DNA from: Cenarchaeum sp.
GTDB lineage: Archaea; Thermoproteota; Nitrososphaeria; Nitrososphaerales; Nitrosopumilaceae
Length of the DNA: 64,000 nucleotides
NCBI GenBank assembly: GCA_963693095.2
Contig: OY843768.1
Coordinates: forward strand, 640,001-704,000
Reading direction: 5' to 3'
The notes beneath the pieces are model-generated. The model was not told the DNA's origin. It did not search any database and saw only the letters and a program-made list of their open reading frames with translations. Position numbers and translations under genes: made by a program. Below are positions 1 to 10,164 of the stretch, one piece after another (the first letter of the stretch is position 1; each line of letters begins with the position of its first letter).

Positions 1-552
1 GCGTACACGCCCGAGTCGCGCACAATTGACACAGTCGCCACGCGTGACCCCTCGTACCCGTTTGGGCGTGGCCACTGGACGTGGCTTGTCGACGTCGAGC
101 TGCCTGCCATCTCGCACGTCGACCTTCCGCTCGCAGTCGACGCGGGACTCCCGCTAGATGTCGCCGTCGAGGTTGATGCCGCCTCCGAGGTCGCGTACCT
201 CGTCTCGGCCCACGGCGAGGCCCCTCTGCTGTCCGGGAGGCTTGATGCAAGGGACGGCTCGGCGACAGTCTCGCTCTCGGCCGAAGAGACTGCGAGCCTT
301 GGGCGCGGAGCGCACACGCTGCGCCTGTTTGCCGTTTCAGAAACCGTGCTGCGCCCTGACACGTACTCTACTGGATTTATGGTCGTCGAGCAGGGCTCGT
401 CGCTTCCGGACGTGGACATCTCCACCGCAACGGGCATTGCGCAGGCCGGAGACGAGGCGCCAACGCTGGCCGTGGCGCTTGCAGTTGCGGTGGGTGTGCT
501 CGCCGTGGCGGCATGGCGAGTTCGAGCCTCGCGCGCACAGGGACACGCGTGA
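1..552 (+). CDS. 5'-truncated membrane-anchored protein, probably the C-terminus of an ABC peptide/nickel substrate-binding protein
   Basis: Frame 1 is open from base 1 (AYTPESRTIDT...DPSYPFGRGHW...LRPDTYSTGF) and ends in a hydrophobic anchor plus basic tail. Confidence 0.6.
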   Translation, partial: AYTPESRTIDTVATRDPSYPFGRGHWTWLVDVELPAISHVDLPLAVDAGLPLDVAVEVDAASEVAYLVSAHGEAPLLSGRLDARDGSATVSLSAEETASLGRGAHTLRLFAVSETVLRPDTYSTGFMVVEQGSSLPDVDISTATGIAQAGDEAPTLAVALAVAVGVLAVAAWRVRASRAQGHA

Positions 553-558
553 CCTATA

Positions 559-1248
559 TCATGTGGGCATGACGCCTGTCACAAACAGCGTGCCGGCCTC
601 GCGGCGCCACCTCTTTGGGCTTGATGCGTCCTTTACCGTTCGTGTTCGCGTGCTCAGGCCGGCACGCCGAAATGCCGCAGCCCACTCTGGGCGTGACAGC
701 AGGTGCATCGTTATTCCCATCTCGCGTGCCCACCAGCGTGTTGCGTGGTTCTCGGCATAAAAGTCAGTTCCGCATATGAGCGTCGCGCCGGGCGCCATGA
801 GGCGCACAATTGCGCCGATCGCGTCCTCTACCGAGTCCGCATAGTATAGCGACTCCATGGAGAACACAATGTCAAACCTGCCGCGATACCTCCAGGACTC
901 GACGCCTGTGGCGACATAGCGTTCGGTGCGGCGCTCGGCGAGGCGCCTGGCCTCGCGGATCATGCCAGGGCTCTTGTCGATCCCGACTGCTGCCCTGCAG
1001 AGTGGGTTTTGGGCCATGCGCCTCACGAGCCAGCCGTTGCCGCACCCCACGTCAAGAAACCGAAACGGCCCTGTGGGGCGCAGCGTGGCAAGGCGCACCT
1101 TGACGGCCCTGCCGTGCTCGCGCTCCATCTTTTCGGCCCTGCCGTTGGTGGCCCACATGTCAAAGGTCTCCTTTACGCTGCCGGCGGCGACTGCGTGGCG
1201 TCCCCCCAGTCCCCTGCACTCCTCAGAGACGCCTCTCTCCATTGCCAT
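559..1248 (-). CDS. Class I SAM-dependent methyltransferase (start uncertain)
   Basis: FLDVGCGNG motif I, GIDKS, FDIVFSMESLYY. Confidence 0.9.
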   Translation of the reverse strand: MAMERGVSEECRGLGGRHAVAAGSVKETFDMWATNGRAEKMEREHGRAVKVRLATLRPTGPFRFLDVGCGNGWLVRRMAQNPLCRAAVGIDKSPGMIREARRLAERRTERYVATGVESWRYRGRFDIVFSMESLYYADSVEDAIGAIVRLMAPGATLICGTDFYAENHATRWWAREMGITMHLLSRPEWAAAFRRAGLSTRTRTVKDASSPKRWRREAGTLFVTGVMPT

Positions 1249-1289
1249 GCGCGGGTGTGGACTAGGGTTTTATACCCACTTTCTGGCAC

Positions 1290-2549
1290 TTGTGCGCGTT
1301 GGCTGCACGCGGGTACAGGGTTCGCAACATTGGGCTCGCCCCGCGCGGGCGCCTCTCCTACGAGTGGGCGCGCGACCACATGGTCATACTCAACAACACC
1401 ATGGCGCGCCTGCGGCGCACAAGGCCACTGCGCGGCGTGACTGTGGGATTCTGCCTTCACATCACAAAGGAGACTGCGGTTCTCCTTCTTGCCGCCCGCG
1501 AGCTTGGCGCCACCGTTGCCGCATGCGCAGGCAACCCAATGTCCACGCAGGATGACATTGCGGCGTTCCTGGCCAAGAGCGGCATCCACATGTACGCGTG
1601 GACAAACCAGACGCAAAAAGAGTATGACTCGTGCATAGCGAGCGTGCTGTCGCACAAGCCGTCGATTCTCGTCGATGACGGGGCTGACATGAACGTCATG
1701 GCCCACTTTGATCGCCGCTTTGCGGACCTTGGAATACTTGGCGCCACCGAGGAGACAACTGCCGGAGTGTCGCGCATCCGCGCAGTTGAAAAGGCAGGCC
1801 GCCTGCGCTATCCGGTGATAATAGTGAATGATGCGCACACAAAGCACCTGTTTGACAACAGGCACGGAACTGGCCAGTCAACAGTGGACGCGCTCCTCCG
1901 GTCGGCCAACCTCCTTGTGGCATCAAAGCTAGTTGTCGTGGCCGGATATGGGTGGGTCGGCCGCGGCGTTGCGGCGCGCTGCCGCGGCCTGGGCGCGCGC
2001 GTCATTGTCACCGAGACGGATCCCGTAAGGGCACTCGAGGCCCACATGGACGGCTACGAGGTGACGAAAATGGCAGATGCAGCCCGCAGGGGCGAGATCT
2101 TTGTCACGTGCACCGGACAGACTGGAATCATAACAAAAAAGCACATGGTGACTATGCGCGACGGTGCCATTCTAGCAAACGTTGGCCACTTTGACGTCGA
2201 GATCGACACAAAGTTCCTCCTTCGCCCACAGCACAAGGTCAGGGAGGTCAGGCCAAGCCTTGACGAGTGCACGATAGGCGCCAAACGCCGCATCTACCTT
2301 GTGGGCAAGGGCCGCCTCGCAAACCTCGTTGCCGCCGAGGGCCATCCGCCTGAGGTCATGGCCCAGTCGTTCTCAAACCAGCTCCTCTCGATACTTCACA
2401 TACTCAAAAACCACGAGTCAATGGAGCGCACTCTCCACCGCGTTCCCGAGGAGATTGACGTCCAAGTCGCGCGCGACGCGCTCGCGGCAATGGGCGTAAA
2501 GATAGACAACCTGACGCGCGAGCAGTCAAATTACGCAAACTCGTGGTGA
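1290..2549 (+). CDS. ahcY: Adenosylhomocysteinase, copy 1
   Basis: CLHITKET, DDGAD, TEETTAG, TKHLFDNRHGTGQS, GYGWVGRG, NVGHFD, EGHP motifs. Confidence 0.96.
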   Translation: MCALAARGYRVRNIGLAPRGRLSYEWARDHMVILNNTMARLRRTRPLRGVTVGFCLHITKETAVLLLAARELGATVAACAGNPMSTQDDIAAFLAKSGIHMYAWTNQTQKEYDSCIASVLSHKPSILVDDGADMNVMAHFDRRFADLGILGATEETTAGVSRIRAVEKAGRLRYPVIIVNDAHTKHLFDNRHGTGQSTVDALLRSANLLVASKLVVVAGYGWVGRGVAARCRGLGARVIVTETDPVRALEAHMDGYEVTKMADAARRGEIFVTCTGQTGIITKKHMVTMRDGAILANVGHFDVEIDTKFLLRPQHKVREVRPSLDECTIGAKRRIYLVGKGRLANLVAAEGHPPEVMAQSFSNQLLSILHILKNHESMERTLHRVPEEIDVQVARDALAAMGVKIDNLTREQSNYANSW

Positions 2550-3826
2550 CCGTGGCGCGTGCGGCCGCCTCGCACATTCGCGACGCCCGCATGGGGAAGC
2601 GTGGACGGGTTTTGCACGAGTGGGCAGCATCACGGATGGGCGCGCTGCGCTGCACGTCAGGCTCGTTTGCGCGATCCATGCCGCTTGACGGCCTGACAGT
2701 CGCATTCTGCCTGCAGCTGACCGCCGAGACGTCGGTTCTCGTGCGCGAGGCGATGCGCCTGGGCGCACACGCCGTGGCGTGCGCGGGCAACCCGCACACC
2801 ACAGATGACGCAATTGCCGCACACCTTGTCTCAGAGGGCGCGACTGTCCATGCGTGGGCGGGCCAGAGCGCGCGTGAATTTCGCGCGTGCATTGCGCGCG
2901 CCATGGCCTCGTCTCCGGACATTGTCGTCGATGACGGTGGCGAGCTCTCCGCCCTTGCGCACATGCCGGGGCGCGCCCCGCCGAAAATTCTCGGCGGGAC
3001 AGAGGAGACGACAACAGGCGTGCGAAGGATGCGCGCACTCGCGCGCAAGCGCCGTCTCCATTACCCGATAATCGCAGTCAATGACTCTCGCACAAAGTCC
3101 ACGTTTGACAACGCACATGGCACAGGACAGTCAGCCGTTGATGCGCTCATGCGCTCATGCGGCCTCCTCTTTGCGCAAAAAACTATAGTCGTTGCCGGAT
3201 ATGGCCATGTTGGCCGCGGCGTTGCGGCGCGCTGTTCCGGACTGGGCGCGCGCGTCATTGTCACGGAGACTGACGCGCTTCGCGCCCTAGAGGCGCACCT
3301 TGATGGACACGAGGTCACAAGGATGGCCGACGCGGCGCGCAGGGGGGACATGTTTGTCACGTGCACAGGACAGCGTGGGGTCATCACAGCACGGCACGCC
3401 TCGCTCATGCGAGACGGCGCAGTCCTCGCAAACGTTGGGCACTTTGACGTGGAGATTGACGTCGCGGCACTGCGTGCTGCTGCGCTGCGAGCCAGGCGAC
3501 CTAGGCCAAACGTCGAGGAGCTCACCATGCGCAACGGACGCCGCATCAACATTGTGGCAGGCGGATATGTCGCAAACCTCGTTGCCGCCGAGGGCCACCC
3601 GCCTGAGATAATGGACATCTCCTTTGCAAACCAGCTCCGCTGCATCGTGCACCTTGCCCTGCACTCGGGCTCCATGGAGCCCGGCCTGCATGTAGTCCCT
3701 GTCGAGATTGACTCTCGCGTGGCCATGGACGCACTCGTTGCCGCAGGCGTGCGCATGGACACCCGTGCGCACGGCGGGGCTGAAGCTTTTAAGCGCACTA
3801 CGCGATGGGGAGACCATGGCAGATAG
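2543..3826 (+). CDS. ahcY: Adenosylhomocysteinase paralog, copy 2 (divergent)
   Basis: Same motif set as copy 1, but CLQLTAET replaces CLHITKET. Confidence 0.9.
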   Translation: MVTVARAAASHIRDARMGKRGRVLHEWAASRMGALRCTSGSFARSMPLDGLTVAFCLQLTAETSVLVREAMRLGAHAVACAGNPHTTDDAIAAHLVSEGATVHAWAGQSAREFRACIARAMASSPDIVVDDGGELSALAHMPGRAPPKILGGTEETTTGVRRMRALARKRRLHYPIIAVNDSRTKSTFDNAHGTGQSAVDALMRSCGLLFAQKTIVVAGYGHVGRGVAARCSGLGARVIVTETDALRALEAHLDGHEVTRMADAARRGDMFVTCTGQRGVITARHASLMRDGAVLANVGHFDVEIDVAALRAAALRARRPRPNVEELTMRNGRRINIVAGGYVANLVAAEGHPPEIMDISFANQLRCIVHLALHSGSMEPGLHVVPVEIDSRVAMDALVAAGVRMDTRAHGGAEAFKRTTRWGDHGR

Positions 3827-5474
3827 GGCCATACTCACAAGCGCTCTGCCGTATGCCAACGGCGAGATACACCTTGGCCACATAGCCTCGACGTACCTGC
3901 CGGCTGACGTGACGACACGGCACCTGCGGCAGCGCGGCGTCGAGGCATACTATGTGTGCGCGACTGACGACTATGGCACCCCGATACTGATCCAGTCCGA
4001 GCGCGAGGGCAAGACGCCGGCTGACTATGTTGCCGGCTGGAACACGCGCGATGCGGCGGACTTTGCGTCCCTTGACATACGCTTTGATGCGTTCTCCTCG
4101 ACGAGCAACCCGTCATGTGCGGCGTTTGTGCGCGATGTCTACTCGAGGCTTCGCGAGGCCGGCCACATCTATGAAAAGGAGGTCGTGCAGCTCTACTGTG
4201 ACAAGGACTCGATGTTCCTGCCGGATCGCTATGTGCATGGAACGTGCCCACACTGCATGGCGCCAGACCAGTACTCTGACCTGTGCGAGTCGTGCGGCAA
4301 GGTTCCGGACAACATACTTGACCCAAAGTGCTTTATCTGCGGCGCGACTCCCCAAAAGCGCTCAACGACGCACCATTTCTTTGCGTTGGGCCACTTTTCT
4401 GACTCGCTGCGCGAATGGCTAGAGGGCGCTGACGGCCTGCAGCGCGATGTCAAAAAGTACGTCCTTGACTGGATATCGCAGGGCCTGTCTGACTGGGATA
4501 TCACGCGCGACATATCCTGGGGAGTGAGCATCCCTGGCGACGAAAAGCGCGTCTTTTACGGATGGTTTGACAACCACCTTGCGTACATATCGGCCACGCT
4601 CTCGGCCCTCGAGGAGCGCGGAATCGACGGCAAGGAGTTCTGGAACTCGGCTGACGTCTACCACTTTATCGGAAAGGACATCGTGTACCACCACTTTCTG
4701 TTCCTGCCGGCAGTCAGAATGGGCATTGGGGGCGAGTTCAAGCTTCCGGACCACATGCCCGTTCGTGGACACCTCACGCTCGGCGGAAAAAAGATATCAA
4801 AGAGCCGCGGATGGTACATATCAATTCGGGACTTTTTGTCGCACTATCCGGCAGACTATCTGCGGTTTTACCTCCTCCTTGCCGCCCCCTACTCGCAAGA
4901 CGACCTCAACTTTGACTGGGACGACTTTGCGCTACGCATAAACAAAGAGCTAGTCGGCAACATCGGCAACTTTGTCCACCGCACGCTCTCGTTCACGGGC
5001 AAGTCCTTTGACGGGCGCGTGCCGCAGCCTGGATCCGAGTCTGAGGCAGACGGGTCTGCGCGCGCCCAGATCGAGGGGTTGGCCGCCAGGGTCGGCGAGC
5101 TTGCCAGTGTCGGCCACCTTGATCGCGCGCTCAAGGAGATACTGGCATTCTCTGCGCACTTTAACCAGTACTTTCAGCACTGTGAGCCCTGGAAGGGCGG
5201 CCCCGGCGCGCCGACCTGCCTGTACCTGTCGGCAAATGCGGTTCGGAGCCTCGCCATTGCGCTGTGCGCGTTCGTGCCGTCCTCTGCGCAGCGTATGTGG
5301 GAGCAGCTTGGAGAGACGGGCAGCGTTTCAGGACAGAGATGGGAGTCGGCCTCCGAGATCTCCCTTGGTGTCGGACACGCGATAGGCACCCCTAGCGCGC
5401 TCTTTGCAAAGGTTGATGCCACCGAGATTGATGGCCTAAAGGCATCCCTTGTGGGCAACGCGCACCCTGCGTGA
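3816..5474 (+). CDS. metG: Methionine--tRNA ligase
   Basis: TSALPYANGEIHLGH (HIGH), Zn knuckle, KISKS (KMSKS), GKDIVYHH. Confidence 0.97.
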   Translation: MADRAILTSALPYANGEIHLGHIASTYLPADVTTRHLRQRGVEAYYVCATDDYGTPILIQSEREGKTPADYVAGWNTRDAADFASLDIRFDAFSSTSNPSCAAFVRDVYSRLREAGHIYEKEVVQLYCDKDSMFLPDRYVHGTCPHCMAPDQYSDLCESCGKVPDNILDPKCFICGATPQKRSTTHHFFALGHFSDSLREWLEGADGLQRDVKKYVLDWISQGLSDWDITRDISWGVSIPGDEKRVFYGWFDNHLAYISATLSALEERGIDGKEFWNSADVYHFIGKDIVYHHFLFLPAVRMGIGGEFKLPDHMPVRGHLTLGGKKISKSRGWYISIRDFLSHYPADYLRFYLLLAAPYSQDDLNFDWDDFALRINKELVGNIGNFVHRTLSFTGKSFDGRVPQPGSESEADGSARAQIEGLAARVGELASVGHLDRALKEILAFSAHFNQYFQHCEPWKGGPGAPTCLYLSANAVRSLAIALCAFVPSSAQRMWEQLGETGSVSGQRWESASEISLGVGHAIGTPSALFAKVDATEIDGLKASLVGNAHPA

Positions 5475-5628
5475 GGGGCGGCATATATGGTGGCCGTGCC
5501 TGCATACGTGCCTGAATTGCTGCTTGATCTGTACGGTGACGGAACACTATTTTACATAACCGTGCGATGATTACGTGCTGATCTCCACACTTCATTTATT
5601 ATCGGGCATCTCGCCATCATTGGACGCA

Positions 5629-6435
5629 ATGACAGCAAGGAGGAAGCGACAGAGTGCCGCACGCCAGACCAGGCGCGCCATCCCGCGTATATCCACCCGT
5701 GGAACGTATGACCTGAGGACAGGCGCTGACCTCAAGCGCGCATCACGCTACACCGTCTGGCCCAGGGCAAAATTTGGCGCAACTGCGGCCGTGTCGCCCG
5801 AGATCGCCATTGTTGTCCATGGCATGAGAAACAACCGTGCCGGAGCCGCCGAAAAGTTTGCAATCGCGCAGAGGCGCCTGCGCTCCCTGGGATACAAGTT
5901 TCCCATAGTGGGGTACACGTATGACGCTGACGTCCGTGGCGCACACTCGGCAGCCACGGAGGCCAGGGCACTTCGCACTGCCGAGGCAATAGCGGTGCGC
6001 AACGGCCGGCACCTCGCGGCGTTCATTGCCGACCACGTGGCGGCGCACCCCCATGTGCGCATCCGCCTCATTGGCCACTCGCTCGGATCGCTGGTAATAG
6101 ACAGCGCGCTGCGCCGCCTCGACTCCCTAAAGGCAGGAGCCAACGCAGTGGAGAGCGTTCACCTCTTTGGGGCATCACTCGGGGCAGCGCGCGCCGCCTC
6201 TGCACAGTCGAGACACGCAGTCAGGCGCGTCGTGCGCCGCCGTCTAGTCAACTGCTACTGCCCGACTGACGAGGTCCTGCGCCACTCTGCAGACGCCGGT
6301 GACATTGATGCGCCAGTTGGCCTTGCGGGACTGCCGACACCGCGCAGGCTGCCTGCACACTATGCGCAGCGGCGCCTACATCCGCGCAACCACAGGTTTG
6401 CAAGCTATGTGGCCGCATTGCGCTCGTTTCCATGA
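5629..6435 (+). CDS. Alpha/beta hydrolase (DUF726/DUF900-like)
   Basis: VHG oxyanion motif and LIGHSLG nucleophile elbow. Confidence 0.8.
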   Translation: MTARRKRQSAARQTRRAIPRISTRGTYDLRTGADLKRASRYTVWPRAKFGATAAVSPEIAIVVHGMRNNRAGAAEKFAIAQRRLRSLGYKFPIVGYTYDADVRGAHSAATEARALRTAEAIAVRNGRHLAAFIADHVAAHPHVRIRLIGHSLGSLVIDSALRRLDSLKAGANAVESVHLFGASLGAARAASAQSRHAVRRVVRRRLVNCYCPTDEVLRHSADAGDIDAPVGLAGLPTPRRLPAHYAQRRLHPRNHRFASYVAALRSFP

Positions 6436-6441
6436 TGCGCG

Positions 6442-7464
6442 CTAGAACCACTTGTCAAGGTTGTTCGCCTGCCTCTCCTTGGCCTTTTGCAGCCTCGAGA
6501 GCGATGCGGACACCCTATCCTCTGAAAAGCTCCGCTCGCCGGCAAGGTATGCGACTATGGCCTTGACGTCAACGTCACCGGGGCTCAGGTCAGCCTCGCA
6601 CGCCTCGGGCTCATCGAGGAATATCTTTCGTATTGCGCCATGGTCAATCCCCGCAAGCTCGTCGGCGATGCTTGGGATGTCCTCGAGGCGCCCGTGCTCC
6701 TTGATGAGCTTTATTGCCGTCTTTGGCCCAATTCTTGTAAACCCGTCAGGGTTAAAGTCAGTCCCAACGAGTATTCCGACGTCCACTAGCTGCTCGCGCG
6801 TTATTCCCAGCGAGTCAAGCGTCTTTTGTGAGCTTATCGTCTCTATCTCGACGTCAACGTACGTGTTCCGGTTTGGCAGCTTGCGCCTCCCGCTCAGGCT
6901 AAAGTTCCTCACGAGGCGTGTTGCGCCAAAGAGCACAGAGTCATAGTCCTGGCTTGCCGACGCGTGCGCCTGGCCTGTTCTTGTCAGGTGCGCGGCAAAT
7001 GCCTCGCCCTCTGAAGGCGCCTCCACGCACGGTATGCCAAACATTCCGAGCAGCTTTTTTGCGTCAACGACCATCTCGTCCCGCATGGCCGTCGTCTGCT
7101 GCGCGTACTTTTTGGCCGACTCCATGTCGCCCTCACGCACGGCCTTTTCGTACTTTATGGCCGCATCCTTTTTTGCGCTGCGCCTCCTCTCTATCTCGGC
7201 GGCCTTTAGAGACGGTGGCCTGCCGTCAAAGACGTACACGGGCTTGACCCCGTGGGAGAGGAACTTTACGTTTCGATAGAACAGGCCGGCGAGGTGGCTT
7301 GTCGTGCGTCCGCGCGCGTCTGCCAGCGGCGCGCCGTCGGCTCCGCGTATGGACGCCATGAACTGGTACATTGCATTGTATGCGTCAATGGCCACGGTCT
7401 TTGACATGAACGCCTCCATGCTCGACTTTTCCCTGACTATCAGGGGCTTTAGGTCAAGGCCCAT
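6442..7464 (-). CDS. fen: Flap endonuclease 1
   Basis: IDAYN, YVFDG, APSEGEA, SQDYDS, GTDFN, GPKTA, C-terminal PIP box QANNLDKWF. Confidence 0.97.
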   Translation of the reverse strand: MGLDLKPLIVREKSSMEAFMSKTVAIDAYNAMYQFMASIRGADGAPLADARGRTTSHLAGLFYRNVKFLSHGVKPVYVFDGRPPSLKAAEIERRRSAKKDAAIKYEKAVREGDMESAKKYAQQTTAMRDEMVVDAKKLLGMFGIPCVEAPSEGEAFAAHLTRTGQAHASASQDYDSVLFGATRLVRNFSLSGRRKLPNRNTYVDVEIETISSQKTLDSLGITREQLVDVGILVGTDFNPDGFTRIGPKTAIKLIKEHGRLEDIPSIADELAGIDHGAIRKIFLDEPEACEADLSPGDVDVKAIVAYLAGERSFSEDRVSASLSRLQKAKERQANNLDKWF

Positions 7465-7619
7465 GCGCGCGGCCCCGGCGCTGTCCTAATTTGTGTATGT
7501 CGGCGAGGCCGTGATTGGATCCCCCATGTGGGCCGCGTGCGCCCCCTGGCGCGCCCAGTCTGCACCCATGCGTAAGGCAGGCGCCTTTCTATATTAAGGA
7601 GTGCGCAGGCGTGCGGCAC

Positions 7620-7718
7620 GCCGGGTTAGCCAAGTGGTTACGGCGATCGCCTCGAGATCCAACAGGTGAGCGATTGCGCTTACGGCGCGCAAGGGTTCGA
7701 ATCCCTTACCCGGCGCCA
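7620..7718 (+). tRNA. tRNA-Ser(CGA) with a 12-nt intron at 37/38 (about 7657-7668)
   Basis: GCCGGGT/ACCCGGC acceptor, ATCGC/GCGAT anticodon stem with CT-CGA-G, long variable arm, GGTTCGAATCC, encoded CCA. Confidence 0.93.
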
Positions 7719-7746
7719 ACCAATTCTGGCCTGGGATCATGTGTTT

Positions 7747-7823
7747 TGGTGCCGGGGGCGGGACTTGAACGCGCGACAGCTCGGTCTTCAGCCGAGTGCT
7801 CTCCCGGGCTGAGCTACCCCGGC
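7747..7823 (-). tRNA. tRNA-Phe(GAA)
   Basis: Reverse complement GCCGGGGTAGCTCAG...CT-GAA-GA...GTTCAAGTC...CCCCGGCACCA. Confidence 0.95.
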
Positions 7824-7852
7824 ACGTGTCCACACACGCCAGGCAGGCGTGA

Positions 7853-8395
7853 TTAAAGTGTGTCTTTGGCGCTCCACGTGCGCTCGGCGCACCCATCGGC
7901 GGTGTTGGCCGCGCGCGCCATGACAAAGAGGAGGTCTGATGCCCTGTTGATGTATGCGAGGCACTCCTTGCGGGCGCCCCTGTGCTCTAGCCCAACGGTG
8001 AGCGTCTCGGCGCGACGCATGACCGTCCTTGCGAGGTGGAGGTGGGCGGCTGCAACACTGCCGCCGGGGAGGACAAAGTTGGAGAGCGGCTCGAGTCCCC
8101 CGTCGAGCTCGTCGATGAACTCTTCAAGCCGGCTCACCATTGCGCCACTGACGAACACCTTGCCCTCGCCCTTCTCGTCTGCCAGGTCTGCGCCGACTGT
8201 GAGCATGTCGGCCTGCATTATGGTGAGCATCTTGGCGAGCCTTTTGCCCACGCCGTGCGATATGGCCACGCCGATGGCAGCGCTGGCCTCATCTACTGCG
8301 CCATAGGCCATGACGAGCGGGTCTGACTTTGAGACGCGCGTGCCGCCTGACAGGGCCGTCTCGCCCGAGTCGCCCGTGCGTGTGTATATGCGCAT
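7853..8395 (-). CDS. Cob(I)yrinic acid a,c-diamide adenosyltransferase (PduO type)
   Basis: IYTRTGDSG, AYGAVDE, FVLPGG, ARTVMRRAE, NRASDLLF. Confidence 0.95.
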   Translation of the reverse strand: MRIYTRTGDSGETALSGGTRVSKSDPLVMAYGAVDEASAAIGVAISHGVGKRLAKMLTIMQADMLTVGADLADEKGEGKVFVSGAMVSRLEEFIDELDGGLEPLSNFVLPGGSVAAAHLHLARTVMRRAETLTVGLEHRGARKECLAYINRASDLLFVMARAANTADGCAERTWSAKDTL

Positions 8396-8469
8396 TGTCG
8401 CGCCTGCGCGCGTGCCCTGTATTATGGATTTTGAATCCTTTAATACGGGACCGTGCGCAAGGCGGCACG

Positions 8470-8595
8470 ATGGAGCCAAAGACCAAGTGTCCCTACTGTG
8501 ACTCGGAGTTTGATGACAAGGATGAGCTCTCGCGGCATATCGACAAGATACACCACGGAAGCGGTCTGCTTGAGGGAGACACGAGAAAGTACTGA
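8470..8595 (+). CDS. 41-aa C2H2 zinc-finger protein
   Basis: MEPKTKCPYCDSEFDDKDELSRHIDKIH; TTTAATA box about 30 bp upstream. Confidence 0.85.
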   Translation: MEPKTKCPYCDSEFDDKDELSRHIDKIHHGSGLLEGDTRKY

Positions 8596-9115
8596 GCCCC
8601 TGCGCGAGCTCTTTGAGCGCGCCGCGGGGCTAAAGGTGACGCGCCGTAGTGGCTGGGTCGAGAGGCTCGGCCTCGAGTCAGCCGAGTCAGTCGCCGACCA
8701 CACGTACGCGACTGCGTTCATGTCCATGGTCTATGCCGATATCATGGGACTTGACACGTGCAGGGTGGTGCGCATGGCGCTACTCCATGATCTCGCCGAG
8801 TCGATAACCGGGGACATCACTCCGGGCTCGGCTCCTGCAGGCAAAAAAGAGTCTGATGAGCGCGCCGCAATGGACTCGATACTCTTGCTGGTTCCGCAGG
8901 ACGTGCGCGCCTCCTACTCTGAGGCATGGGCAGAGTACCTTGCAGGCGAGTCGCGCGAGTCGCGCCTTGTGAGGCAGGCCGACAAGCTCGAGATGGCAAT
9001 GCAGGCGCGCCGCTATGCGCATACCGGCGACATTGGCCCGTTTATGAAAACGGCGCGCGAGCACGTGAATGACCCCGGCCTCACTCGTATGCTGGACGCC
9101 TGCGAGCGCGGCTAG
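8570..9115 (+). CDS. HD-domain phosphohydrolase (YfbR/HDDC2-like; start uncertain)
   Basis: LK..RSGW, ESVADH, LLHDLAESITGDI, QADKLE. Confidence 0.9.
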   Translation: MRETRESTEPLRELFERAAGLKVTRRSGWVERLGLESAESVADHTYATAFMSMVYADIMGLDTCRVVRMALLHDLAESITGDITPGSAPAGKKESDERAAMDSILLLVPQDVRASYSEAWAEYLAGESRESRLVRQADKLEMAMQARRYAHTGDIGPFMKTAREHVNDPGLTRMLDACERG

Positions 9116-9181
9116 GGGCGCGCGCATGTCCGCGCCGGGATAGGTTAATTACGCTAGCGCGTCGGCGCGTCTGCCAGAGAG

Positions 9182-9460
9182 TTGCCCGAATATGCAGTCA
9201 ACGTCACGATCGAGAACCGTCCCGGCATGGCCGATCCCGAGGGCGAGACGATACTGCGGGATCTCGTCCTGAGGGCGTCCTTTGACAGCGTGCGCGAGGT
9301 TCGCACGGCCCGCGTGCTGCGCTTTAGGGTCGATGCCACAGACGCCGGCGATGCCGAGGAGCGCATTGGGCGCATGTGCTCGGAGCTGCGCATATACAAC
9401 CCGCTCGTGAGCCGCGTGACAGTCAAGGCTGACGGTGCGGCCGAGTCCAAGGTTAATTAA
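9182..9460 (+). CDS. purS: FGAM synthase subunit PurS
   Basis: DPEG and YNP motifs; first gene of purS-Q-L-F. Confidence 0.93.
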   Translation: MPEYAVNVTIENRPGMADPEGETILRDLVLRASFDSVREVRTARVLRFRVDATDAGDAEERIGRMCSELRIYNPLVSRVTVKADGAAESKVN

Positions 9461-10164
9461 TGCGGGCACTCACGCGCTGCGGCGTGCGGGTGGCAATTCT
9501 GGTTTTTCCAGGGAGCAACTGTGATCGCGACGTGCACCATGTCCTCTCTGACGTGCTCGGCTTTGAGGTCGAGCGCGTGTGGCACGAGCGCAGGGTGCCG
9601 GAGCGAACCGACGCCGTCGTGCTGCCGGGGGGCTTTTCGTACGGGGATCGCCTCAGGGCAGGCGCCATAGCGGCACACAGCCCTGCTGTCAGGGATGTCG
9701 CCGAGCTGGCAGGCAGGGGCACCCCAGTCATCGGCATATGCAACGGGTTTCAGATACTCGTAGAGGCCGGACTCCTGCCCGGCGCGCTGCTCCACAACGA
9801 GCGCCTCTCCTTCATGTGCCGCTGGACAAGAATATCCGTCGAGAGCGCCGACACGCCATTCACGAGGCTCTTTTCGGGCGGCGACGAGATTGCGATCCCC
9901 GTGGCAAACGGGGAGGGGAGGTACTATGCCGACGAGGCGACGCTGCGTGAGCTGGAGCGCAACTCACAGGTCGTGTTTCGCTATGCCGAGCACGTCAACG
10001 GCTCGACTGCGAGGATAGCCGGTGTGTGCAGCAGGGAGCGCAACGTTGTTGGCATGATGCCGCACCCCGAGAGGGCGTCTGAGCCCGAGACTGACCGGCA
10101 CACCGGCGGGGCCGCCTCGGCAATATTTCGCTCTCTGCTCGAGCTTGCAGGGGCTGCCGCATGA
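9460..10164 (+). CDS. purQ: FGAM synthase subunit PurQ
   Basis: FPGSNCD, PGGFSYGD, GICNGFQ, MMPHPER. Confidence 0.97.
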   Translation: MRALTRCGVRVAILVFPGSNCDRDVHHVLSDVLGFEVERVWHERRVPERTDAVVLPGGFSYGDRLRAGAIAAHSPAVRDVAELAGRGTPVIGICNGFQILVEAGLLPGALLHNERLSFMCRWTRISVESADTPFTRLFSGGDEIAIPVANGEGRYYADEATLRELERNSQVVFRYAEHVNGSTARIAGVCSRERNVVGMMPHPERASEPETDRHTGGAASAIFRSLLELAGAAA

